Shown piece after piece: positions 10,166 to 17,830 of a stretch of DNA of 64,000 nt (position 1 is its first letter; each line of letters opens with the position of its first letter). The stretch is from Verrucomicrobiota bacterium (lineage in GTDB: Bacteria; Verrucomicrobiota; Verrucomicrobiia; Opitutales; Oceanipulchritudinaceae), in the NCBI GenBank assembly GCA_050485245.1, contig JBJHBA010000013.1:56992-120991 (forward strand). Reading direction: 5' to 3'. The notes beneath the pieces are model-generated. The model was given only the letters and a program-made list of their open reading frames with translations. It was not told the origin of the DNA and ran no database searches. A program made the position numbers and the translations under genes.

Positions 10166-11007
10166 GCCGGATTATTTCGCGCCCTTGTCTGCAAGCGACG
10201 CCGAAGGACCATCCCGGCCAGGGCCAAAGCACCCAGGATAGCGGCATAGGTCGAGGGCTCAGGAACGGTGGTCAGGTTGAAATGAACCTCGACGCCGAAA
10301 GCACCGATGAAATCATCGTTAAGCGATCCATCCACAATCTCTGCAAAAAGAATGGAGGCCTCGTATTGGGTTCCCAAAAGCAGGGTATCGGCCGGAAGCT
10401 CAAACCCAGTGGCATCAGGAGCGAGCATCCACTCAAAATCAGCATGCACACCGTCTGTAATGCGGAGCTGAATCAGCGCATTCGACGCGTTTGCATAAGT
10501 GGCTCCATTCCAAGTCAAAGATAAGGATTGAGAAGGGTCATACCATTGGGCATCCGACCAGGAAGTGCCCGTCAGGCCGGGGAGGACGCCAACCCCAAAG
10601 TCAGGGTATGCATCCGCCGTCAGGTCAATCGTGACGAAACCTGATCCAAATGTCCCGCCACTGTAATTAAAGGTGTAGGTCAAATCCGATGGCCAAACCG
10701 CATCAAAGGAAGCCTTGTCCGCATAGGTCGCGCGCAGATCGAAGACGGCATCGCCCGATCCGGTGTCCTGAATCATGGGCAAAGTGGTGCTGCCTGAGGA
10801 TAAAGTCACCTCGCTGAAGGCACCTGCTTCGGCTTCGATGGCTGCGTCGATCATCCAAGATCCGGCTTCCGCCGCTGAATCGCTTGTCTGATAGTGATTC
10901 TGGATCTTTGCGACGAGGTAATGGTCGATGACTTGTGATGGAAGTGCAGCCGTCAAAAAAGCACCACAGATGACCGAAAGAAGAACGGAGCGAAAACTCG
11001 GTTTCAT
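10162..11007 (-). CDS. PEP-CTERM sorting-domain secreted protein
   Basis: N-terminal signal peptide MKPSFRSVLLSVICGAFLTAALPSQ. The C-terminal VPEPSTYAAILGALALAGMVLRRR matches the PEP motif plus TM plus basic tail. Confidence 0.8.
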   Translation of the reverse strand: MKPSFRSVLLSVICGAFLTAALPSQVIDHYLVAKIQNHYQTSDSAAEAGSWMIDAAIEAEAGAFSEVTLSSGSTTLPMIQDTGSGDAVFDLRATYADKASFDAVWPSDLTYTFNYSGGTFGSGFVTIDLTADAYPDFGVGVLPGLTGTSWSDAQWYDPSQSLSLTWNGATYANASNALIQLRITDGVHADFEWMLAPDATGFELPADTLLLGTQYEASILFAEIVDGSLNDDFIGAFGVEVHFNLTTVPEPSTYAAILGALALAGMVLRRRLQTRARNNPA

Positions 11008-11403
11008 GAGCGTTCCTGAAGGAGGTTAAAGTAAGAGAGAGGGAATAATTTTTATTCATCTGGGGAATATCCATCAATCGAAACTGACTTGGATTGCACT
11101 TATTGAAGCCGTCCTGTCAGGCTTCATCAATTTGGCTAATCCCTGCTTGAGGGCAGCTCAAGGAGGTTCTGCCAAGGGGGGATCTGCCTGAAAAACAGTA
11201 TGTTTTGACGTTTTCTCGGCTCGATTTAGACGATTCTTATCGCCAAAAGTGAAAAAATGCTCCTTTCTCTTATGTTCTTTCGAGAGACGTTACGAGTCAG
11301 AGCCTGGTGGATTGTCAGTTGGAGAAAGCTCCTTTGATGATTTGAAACCCGATTAGCGGGAACAGTCTGTATATTCGCGCGGATCAGCGAAATCATCATC
11401 AAT

Positions 11404-11847
11404 ATGAGCAATTCCAAACTCTACGTGGGCAATCTGTCCTTCGATTTGGACGAAGCCGCCATCCGCGCGGCTTTTGAAGAAAGCGGTGAAGTCACCGATG
11501 TGTTCGTCGTCATGGATAAAATGACCGGACGCCCCCGCGGCTTTGCCTTTGTCACCATGGGGAGCCCTGAAGCTGCCCAGGCTGCCATTGAGCAGTGGAA
11601 CGGGACCGAACTCGGTGGCCGTGCCCTCACAGTCAACGAAGCCCGTCCGAAAGAAGAACGCAGTGGCGGTTTCGGTGGCGGCGGCGGCCGCTCCTTCGGC
11701 GGTGACCGTCGCGGTGGCGGCGGAGGCCGTTCTTTCGGCGGTGGCGGCGGAGGCCGCTCCTTCGGCGGTGATCGTCGCGGTGGCGGCGGAGGCCGTTCCT
11801 TCGGCGGTGATCGTCGCGGTGGTGGCGGCGGCGGCAGCCGTTACTAA
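11404..11847 (+). CDS. RRM-type RNA-binding protein with Gly/Arg-rich (RGG-like) tail
   Basis: RNP2 is LYVGNL and RNP1 is RGFAFVTM. The tail reads [15 protein letters not shown], repeated. Confidence 0.9.
   Translation: MSNSKLYVGNLSFDLDEAAIRAAFEESGEVTDVFVVMDKMTGRPRGFAFVTMGSPEAAQAAIEQWNGTELGGRALTVNEARPKEERSGGFGGGGGRSFGGDRRGGGGGRSFGGGGGGRSFGGDRRGGGGGRSFGGDRRGGGGGGSRY
11676..11838 (+). repeat. In-frame tandem repeat (about 39-nt unit GGCGGCGGAGGCCGYTCYTTCGGCGGTGAYCGTCGCGGT, 3 full copies plus one 27-nt copy) encoding [13 protein letters not shown]
   Basis: Read directly from the sequence at 11676-11838, inside the RRM gene. Confidence 0.8.
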
Positions 11848-11875
11848 TCGAGCCCTGCGCTCCCAATACTTTCAA

Positions 11876-11910
11876 CCACACGCTCGGGAAAACCGGCGTG
11901 TGGTTTTTTT
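11876..11910 (+). terminator. Rho-independent terminator of the RRM gene
   Basis: Stem CCACACGC (11876-11883) pairs with GCGTGTGG (11896-11903). It is followed by T7 (11904-11910). Confidence 0.7.
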
Positions 11911-11946
11911 ATGCCCCGAAGGGGAGTGCACGAGCTGGACCGAAGC

Positions 11947-12744
11947 TCAAATCGGGCGACTTTGTGGTTCGGTGACTGGCGGTAAGGACGGTTTTGATCC
12001 GGGCGGGTAACGCTCCAGAAAACGTGGCCAATCTTCGACCATGTTCTTGATCAGTTGGGCGAAGGCCTTGGTTTCGGTATCGCGCCGGACCTGATCCGCG
12101 GTTTCCCGGGTTCCCCAGGAGGTGGAGTGGGCGTGATTGCGCTCGGTGGCCTCGTAGGCTGAGTAAATGTAGCCGGTGCGCGTATCGATCAACATGGCTG
12201 TGGCCGTGGTGGTGGCGTAAATTTTCCGGTTGGGGGACAGCCCGAGGGTGATGACAGAAAGTGCCTTCCCTTTGTGCGCATCAAAGAAAACCGTATCAAA
12301 GGTGTAGAGCAGAACCAAATCCGCTTTGAGGCGGGCGGCGGAGTCCCGAATATCGCGGTCGCTCTCAATCCGATTGGGTAGGACCAAGCGGTTGAGGCGG
12401 ACGATGCCCTTGATGTGAGGCAGCTCCCCGATCGATTGCAAATGCAGTTCTTCCCCCAATTCATTGGCCAGAACTACAGTAAAACGTCCACCTCCGAAAC
12501 TGCCCCCATGCTGGCTGAGGTAGTGATTGCTGTAAGCCGTGCCCTGAACCCGCACCACCGCAATACTGGCTGGATACGGATAACTCGGCTCGAGCGCAAA
12601 TGCATCCCGCATGCTGGGAGGAGTGAACTGCTGCAAATCCGCACGGGTCCCCGGCGTGTGGTAACTTTCACATCCACTCATCAGGACGAGCAAAGGGAGT
12701 ACAAGGGCGGGGAAAATTAAAGACAGCTTTTGCATGCAGTTCAT
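11947..12744 (-). CDS. Hypothetical lipoprotein
   Basis: The internal start MNCMQKLSLIFPALVLPLLVLMSGC gives a signal peptide with a lipobox (LMSG|C). No family is recognised with confidence. The upstream part of track ORF (to 12846) is not signal-like. Confidence 0.6.
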   Translation of the reverse strand: MNCMQKLSLIFPALVLPLLVLMSGCESYHTPGTRADLQQFTPPSMRDAFALEPSYPYPASIAVVRVQGTAYSNHYLSQHGGSFGGGRFTVVLANELGEELHLQSIGELPHIKGIVRLNRLVLPNRIESDRDIRDSAARLKADLVLLYTFDTVFFDAHKGKALSVITLGLSPNRKIYATTTATAMLIDTRTGYIYSAYEATERNHAHSTSWGTRETADQVRRDTETKAFAQLIKNMVEDWPRFLERYPPGSKPSLPPVTEPQSRPI

Positions 12745-12901
12745 TCGCTTGAGAGGTTGAGAACGGGATCCAGAATAGGAACGGTGGCTATCTGTAAGAC
12801 ATTTTTCCCTGCAATTTGTTCGAAAGGAAAAGGGCTCCCGGCCCAATCCCTGGGATTTCCATTCGCCATCGACTGAATTCGTCCCCTAACTGAAGAGCGC
12901 T

Positions 12902-13741
12902 ATGAAGGATGAATCCGCTCCCGATATCCAAGCCATGCCCAAGGATGTGCAGCAGGCACAGGAAGAGGAAATGGCACTGGCCCCATTCCAGATCGTCATC
13001 CTCCTGCTCTCGATCTACGTGCTTCTGGCCATGGCCGCCCGCATCCTTCTGCCCCTCCCGGCGGACGTAAAATCCCTGCTCTACCTCATCGATACGGTCA
13101 TCTGTTTCATCTTTTTGGGCGATTTTTTCATCCGTTTCGGCAAGGCCGATCGCAAGCTGGCCTTTCTCAAGTGGGGCTGGATCGACTTTCTCGCCAGCAT
13201 CCCCTTTCTCGATCAACTCCGTTGGGCCCGCCTCGTCCGGGTCGCCCGCATTCTTTACCTTCTGCGTGGTTTCCGCTCTGCCCGGACCCTGATTTCCTTT
13301 CTCTTTCGCGACAAGCGACAAGGTGCCTTTGCCGTGGCCGCCTTCACTGCCTTGTCCTTTCTCTTTTTCTGCGCCATCGCCATCCTTGAGATCGAACGGG
13401 ACGTACCCGGCTCCAATATTCACTCCGCCGGTGACGCCCTCTGGTGGGCCTTTGTCACCATTACCACCGTTGGCTACGGCGACTTTTATCCGGTGACGAT
13501 CGAAGGCCGTCTCGTAGCCGCCGCCCTCATGCTCGTCGGCATCGGCCTCTTCGGCACCCTCTCCGGGATCATGGCCTCCATCCTCATTGGCAAGGACCAG
13601 GAGCGCGACGAAGCCCTCGTCCGCCTCGATGCCCGCACCAGCCAGATCCTCCAGCGCCTCGAACAACGCACCTGGACCCGCGAAGCCAAAAAAACACCCA
13701 CCCCTGATAGCGAAGGCCCCCGATCCGACGGAGCCGACTGA
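12902..13741 (+). CDS. 6-TM voltage-gated-type potassium channel
   Basis: Selectivity filter is TITTVGYGD. The S4-like segment RWARLVRVARILYLLRGFRSAR has Arg at every third position. Five further hydrophobic helices are present. Confidence 0.85.
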   Translation: MKDESAPDIQAMPKDVQQAQEEEMALAPFQIVILLLSIYVLLAMAARILLPLPADVKSLLYLIDTVICFIFLGDFFIRFGKADRKLAFLKWGWIDFLASIPFLDQLRWARLVRVARILYLLRGFRSARTLISFLFRDKRQGAFAVAAFTALSFLFFCAIAILEIERDVPGSNIHSAGDALWWAFVTITTVGYGDFYPVTIEGRLVAAALMLVGIGLFGTLSGIMASILIGKDQERDEALVRLDARTSQILQRLEQRTWTREAKKTPTPDSEGPRSDGAD

Positions 13742-13827
13742 TCGGACGAATCCGATGGATCAGGCGGTCAGGTCATAGCCATCAAATAAGCTTGTCGGTC
13801 CTATCGTCTCGCTTTTGCCTGCTGCTT

Positions 13828-14541
13828 ATGGACTGTCGCAAATCCAGGGAGACGCCACGGCGTTTACGGCCGAGTGGGGGCTATCGCAAACTGCAGAGTT
13901 TTCAAGTGGCCACCCTTATCTATGACGGAACCGTTTTGTTCTGTAATCGCTTTATTGATCGTAAAAGTCGGACTCACGACCAGATGGTGCAGGCCGCCCG
14001 CAGTGGTCGGCAGAACATAGCCGAAGGCAACCGTGCAGGAGCTACCAGTAGCAAATCGGAAATTCACCTAACGAATGTGGCCAGAGGAAGCCTTGAGGAG
14101 CTGCTTCTGGACTTCGAGGATTATCTGCGGCAGCGGAAGCTGGAACTCTGGAGCAAGCAGACTCTGCAAGCACAAAAGGTGAGGAAGCTGGGCCAGTTCA
14201 TTGGCAGTTCACACTCGGATCATTCAGCAGATTCGTTGCTGAAGGCACCGACTGATGCCGGAGCAAGGGCACGTGCGGAACTGTATGCACCTTGGTTGGA
14301 GCACCCCGAGGCCATGGTATCCGCCAACACCCTGATCTGCCTCATCCACCAGGCCAACTACCTGCTCGACCGGCAACTTTTGGAGTTGGAAAAGCGCTTT
14401 GTCGAAGAAGGTGGTTTTTCGGAGACGCTTGCAGCCGCCCGCATCGCCCAACGACAGGAAGCGAGGAACAGCCGCCCAAAGCGGCAGCAGCCCCGAAAGA
14501 CCAGAACTTTCCGCTCTGTCCTCGCTGTGGAGCCCTCATGA
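13828..14541 (+). CDS. Four-helix-bundle protein with 'four helix bundle suffix' region (23S rRNA IVS-protein family)
   Basis: Motifs are [71 protein letters not shown] and ..[19 protein letters not shown] at 13828; the track starts at TTG 13792. Confidence 0.75.
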   Translation: MDCRKSRETPRRLRPSGGYRKLQSFQVATLIYDGTVLFCNRFIDRKSRTHDQMVQAARSGRQNIAEGNRAGATSSKSEIHLTNVARGSLEELLLDFEDYLRQRKLELWSKQTLQAQKVRKLGQFIGSSHSDHSADSLLKAPTDAGARARAELYAPWLEHPEAMVSANTLICLIHQANYLLDRQLLELEKRFVEEGGFSETLAAARIAQRQEARNSRPKRQQPRKTRTFRSVLAVEPS

Positions 14542-14633
14542 CCCTGCGTACCGCCCGGCAGGGCAAGCAAGCCGGAAACTCTTTTTGGGGCTGCACCGCT
14601 TACCCAGATTGCAGGGGGACCCGGAAATACTGA
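14475..14633 (+). CDS. -1-frame continuation encoding a topoisomerase-type C4 zinc finger; no own start codon
   Basis: The -1 frame reads [52 protein letters not shown], a CxxC...FWGC..YPxC finger. It is entered exactly at the heptamer C_CCA_AAG (14475-14481) of the preceding ORF. The alternative is a 1-nt indel or sequencing error. Confidence 0.45.
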   Translation, partial: PKAAAAPKDQNFPLCPRCGALMTLRTARQGKQAGNSFWGCTAYPDCRGTRKY

Positions 14634-14677
14634 ACCCTCGGATCAGACCGATTAGACGGATCCGATCGACCACAGAA

Positions 14678-14744
14678 CATGCGCCATTTTGGCGCATGTG
14701 CTGTGCCAAGGTGCCCGCTTCTGGCGCGTGTGCACAGCACTTTT
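14678..14744 (+). promoter_or_regulatory. Paired hairpins and a direct repeat between the zinc-finger stop and clpB (terminator and/or clpB control region)
   Basis: Hairpin 1: CATGCGCCA (14678-86), loop TTT, TGGCGCATG (14690-98). Hairpin 2: GTGCTGTGC (14698-14706) pairs with GCACAGCAC (14732-40), followed by TTTT. A direct repeat TGGCGCRTGTGC occurs twice. Confidence 0.3.
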
Positions 14745-14806
14745 CCACTGATTTCCAACAACTTACGACCCTCCCGTTCCGGCCTGCTTTATGCGGGGAG
14801 TTTGCC

Positions 14807-17428
14807 ATGAACATCGATCTCAATCGTTTTACGGAAATGGCCCGGGCCGCTGTCATAGGGGCACAAGGGGAGGCCCGTTCACGCAACCATCAGCAGGTCG
14901 ATGGCTGGCACTTGCTGGCGGCCTTGGTCACACAGGAGCGTGGCTTGGTTCCGGCCATCCTGCGCAAGCTGGAGATCTCCGATGCGGCAGTCTCCCTCGC
15001 CCTGCAGCGGGAACTGGAGCGTCTGCCCTCCGTCACCGGTTCGGTCGATGCCAGCCGTCTCTACATCACGGAGACGGTCAACGACGTCCTCACCCGGGCC
15101 GAGGCAGTGGCCAAGCGCCTGAAGGACGCGTTTATCTCTGCCGAACACCTCTTTCTCGGTCTGGCGGAGACGGAAAAGGACGCCAAACTGCGGCAATTTT
15201 TCAAGAGCTTTGAACTGACGCCGGACCGCATCCTGGAAGCGATGAAAAGTATCCGAGGTGGCCAGCGGGTGACCTCGGAAAATCCGGAATCCACCTTTGA
15301 GGCCCTCGAGAAATACGGGGTGGATCTGGTGGCGATGGCGCGGGCCGGGAAGATGGACCCGGTGATTGGCCGGGACGCGGAAATCCGGCGGGTGGTGCGG
15401 ATTCTTTCCCGCAAGACGAAGAACAATCCTGTCCTGATCGGCGACCCCGGGGTGGGGAAGACCGCCATTGTCGAAGGGCTGGCCCAGCGCATCGTGCGCG
15501 GGGACGTGCCCGAGGGCTTGAAAGACCGGACGATTTTTGCCCTCGATCTGGGAGCATTGATTGCGGGGGCCAAGTATCGCGGTGAATTTGAGGAACGCCT
15601 CAAGGCGGTCCTGGCCGAGATCAAAAACGCGGAAGGCCGGATACTGCTCTTTATCGATGAGCTGCACAACATCGTTGGCGCGGGCCGGACCGATGGGGCG
15701 ATGGATGCGGGCAACCTGCTCAAACCAATGCTGGCGCGGGGTGAGCTGCACTGTATCGGAGCGACCACCCTCGATGAATACCGCAAATACATTGAAAAGG
15801 ACGCCGCCCTCGAGCGCCGCTTCCAGACGGTGATGGTCGATCAGCCCACCGTTGAGGACACCATTTCGATCCTGCGCGGCTTGCGGGAACGGTTTGAACT
15901 GCATCACGGCGTGCGCATCACTGACAACGCCCTCGTCAATGCCGCCACCCTTTCGCACCGCTACATTTCCGACCGCTTTCTCCCCGACAAGGCGATTGAC
16001 CTCGTCGATGAGGCCGGAGCGATGATTCGGACGGAAATGGACTCGATGCCACAGGAGCTGGACGAACTTTCTCGACGGGTGATGCAGTTGGAAATCGAGG
16101 AGGCCGCCCTGACCAAGGAAAAAGACGAAGCCTCGCAACGCCGCCTCGAAACCCTCCGTTCCGAGCTGGCCGGGCTGCGCGAGGAACTCACAGCCCTCAA
16201 GAGCCAGTGGGAGGCTGAAAAGAATCTGGTCGGCGAGTCCCAGCGCCTGCGGGAGGAAATTGAAAAGACCAAGCGCGAGATGGAAGCCGCCGAACGGGCC
16301 TACGACCTCAACCGCGTAGCCCAGCTCCGACACGGGGTGCTGCCCGATCTGGAGGCAAAATTAAAAGCCGCTCACGCCCGGGCCGCGCAGCGGACTGGCA
16401 ACGAGCTGTTCAAAGAAGAAGTCACCGCCGAGGAAATCGCGGAAATTGTCAGCCGCTGGACCGGGGTGCCCGTTTCGCGTCTGGTCGAAGGTGAAAAAGA
16501 AAAACTCCTGCGCCTCGAGGACATCCTGCACGAGCGCGTGGTCGGGCAGGACGAAGCGGTCACCGTGGTATCCGAAGCCATTCTCCGTGCCCGGGCCGGA
16601 ATCAAAGACCCACGCCGCCCGATCGGCTCCTTCCTCTTCCTCGGACCAACCGGGGTAGGGAAGACCGAGCTGGCCAAGACCCTCGCCGGAACCCTCTTTG
16701 ACAGCGAGGATAACATCGTGCGCCTCGACATGAGCGAATACATGGAAAAGCACTCGGTCGCCCGCATGATCGGCGCGCCTCCCGGCTACGTCGGCTACGA
16801 CGAAGGCGGTCAACTGACCGAAGCGATCCGACGCAAACCCTACAGCGTGGTGCTCTTCGACGAAATCGAAAAGGCACACCCCGATGTCTTTAATGTGCTC
16901 CTGCAAATCATGGATGACGGTCGCATCACCGACAGCCAGGGCCATACCGTTGATTTCAAGAACACCGTCATCATCATGACCTCCAACATCGGCAGCCGCT
17001 ACCTGCTCGAAGGGGTTACTGGTGAGACGATCCCCGAAAGCGTGCGCGAAAGTGTGCTCGCCGAGTTGCGACAGGCCTTCCGTCCGGAGTTCCTCAACCG
17101 CCTCGATGACACCATCCTCTTCAAGCCGCTTTCACTGGAACACATTGAGCAAATCGTCGGCTTGCTCCTGCAGGATGTGAACCGCCGCCTGGCAGAGCGG
17201 GAAATCACCCTCGAGCTGACCCCCACCGCCCGCAAATGGGTGGCGGAACGCGGCTACGATCCGGTTTACGGAGCCCGCCCGCTCAAGCGTTTCCTCTCAC
17301 GGGAAATCGAGACCAAACTCGCCCGCCAGATTATCGGCGGCGAAGTCCACGAAGGCGACGCCGTCACCTTTGATCTCGTCGATGGCCGACTCACTCCCGA
17401 AGTCGCCCTCCGGGCTGAGCTAGAGTAA
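14807..17428 (+). CDS. clpB: ATP-dependent chaperone ClpB
   Basis: Clp_N repeats are present. Walker A motifs are GDPGVGKT (NBD1) and GPTGVGKT (NBD2), with a long coiled-coil middle domain. Start set at [12 protein letters not shown] (14807); the upstream 136 codons of the track ORF are non-homologous. Confidence 0.95.
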   Translation: MNIDLNRFTEMARAAVIGAQGEARSRNHQQVDGWHLLAALVTQERGLVPAILRKLEISDAAVSLALQRELERLPSVTGSVDASRLYITETVNDVLTRAEAVAKRLKDAFISAEHLFLGLAETEKDAKLRQFFKSFELTPDRILEAMKSIRGGQRVTSENPESTFEALEKYGVDLVAMARAGKMDPVIGRDAEIRRVVRILSRKTKNNPVLIGDPGVGKTAIVEGLAQRIVRGDVPEGLKDRTIFALDLGALIAGAKYRGEFEERLKAVLAEIKNAEGRILLFIDELHNIVGAGRTDGAMDAGNLLKPMLARGELHCIGATTLDEYRKYIEKDAALERRFQTVMVDQPTVEDTISILRGLRERFELHHGVRITDNALVNAATLSHRYISDRFLPDKAIDLVDEAGAMIRTEMDSMPQELDELSRRVMQLEIEEAALTKEKDEASQRRLETLRSELAGLREELTALKSQWEAEKNLVGESQRLREEIEKTKREMEAAERAYDLNRVAQLRHGVLPDLEAKLKAAHARAAQRTGNELFKEEVTAEEIAEIVSRWTGVPVSRLVEGEKEKLLRLEDILHERVVGQDEAVTVVSEAILRARAGIKDPRRPIGSFLFLGPTGVGKTELAKTLAGTLFDSEDNIVRLDMSEYMEKHSVARMIGAPPGYVGYDEGGQLTEAIRRKPYSVVLFDEIEKAHPDVFNVLLQIMDDGRITDSQGHTVDFKNTVIIMTSNIGSRYLLEGVTGETIPESVRESVLAELRQAFRPEFLNRLDDTILFKPLSLEHIEQIVGLLLQDVNRRLAEREITLELTPTARKWVAERGYDPVYGARPLKRFLSREIETKLARQIIGGEVHEGDAVTFDLVDGRLTPEVALRAELE

Positions 17429-17469
17429 GCCAACCTTAAATTCCCGCCCCCTTTTCCCCAGAGCCCATA

Positions 17470-17521
17470 TTTTTCGTACAACCCTAACGTGGCGTACGCC
17501 ACGTTAGGGTTGTACGAAAAA
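17470..17521. repeat. Perfect 52-nt palindrome (REP-like element)
   Basis: The sequence is TTTTTCGTACAACCCTAACGTGGCG-TA-CGCCACGTTAGGGTTGTACGAAAAA. The arms are fully complementary (read by hand). Confidence 0.85.
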
Positions 17522-17653
17522 TGGATGGGGTTGTGGAGTCGCAGGAGTTTGTTGATGGCATGAAATTGGCTTTTTAAGCAGGTAAACGGCATATTATACC
17601 TGCTTTAGAGAGATCGGAACGGACGGGCTTCGACTTACATCTGGTTAATTTCA

Positions 17654-17680
17654 GTACAACCCTAACGTGACGTACGCCAC
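17654..17680. repeat. Second, degenerate copy of the same palindromic element (one arm conserved)
   Basis: GTACAACCCTAACGTGACGTACGCCAC matches 17476-17502 at 26/27 positions. The opposing arm has decayed to ACGTCTGTGTCC. Confidence 0.75.
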
Positions 17681-17763
17681 ACGTCTGTGTCCGCCGGGGG
17701 GCTGTCGTTGGGGGGAGGCGGATTCAGTGGTTCTTCGTTGGGGTAAGGATGAAATTGGAGAAG

Positions 17764-17791
17764 AAAAAAAGCCGGGGAGGTGTCCCCGGCT
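17764..17791 (-). terminator. Rho-independent terminator of the BCCT transporter gene
   Basis: On the minus strand, stem AGCCGGGGA, loop CACC, stem TCCCCGGCT, followed by U7 (plus-strand A7 at 17764-17770). Confidence 0.75.
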
Positions 17792-17830
17792 TTGAGAAGA
17801 AGTTGATGATTGGATACGGCCAAAGGAACC

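Noticed and set aside
11640-11850. GGC-rich periodic repeats that could be mistaken for a CRISPR-like or satellite array
   Set aside because: The repeats are in-frame coding sequence of the RRM protein tail, have no spacers and total under 200 bp.
14399-14806. 136-codon N-terminal extension of the clpB ORF. Similar upstream in-frame extensions exist for hrpB (3983..4186), nuoC (26113..26382), nuoE (28216..28299) and nuoF (28755..28823).
   Set aside because: The extensions are Arg/Pro-rich, overlap the preceding genes or spacers, and precede a Met that aligns with the canonical N-terminus of each family.
14879-16333. 484-aa minus-strand ORF inside clpB. Similar long antisense ORFs are 28806..30206 (nuoF), 30499..31881 (nuoG), 31903..33042 (nuoH), 12788..13666 (K+ channel), 18605..19885 (BCCT), 27036..28301 (nuoD) and 35361..36257 (nuoL).
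   Set aside because: All are fully nested opposite genes with unmistakable family motifs. Their translations are Arg/Gly/Pro/His/Asp-rich with no motifs, which is typical of shadow ORFs in G+C-rich DNA.
17470-17521. Interpreting the 52-nt palindrome as a bidirectional Rho-independent terminator, and the CCCTAA within it as telomere-like
   Set aside because: The T-run is 5' and the A-run 3' of the stem, so neither strand's RNA gets a U-tail. The runs simply lengthen the stem. CCCTAA occurs once per arm and is not tandem.
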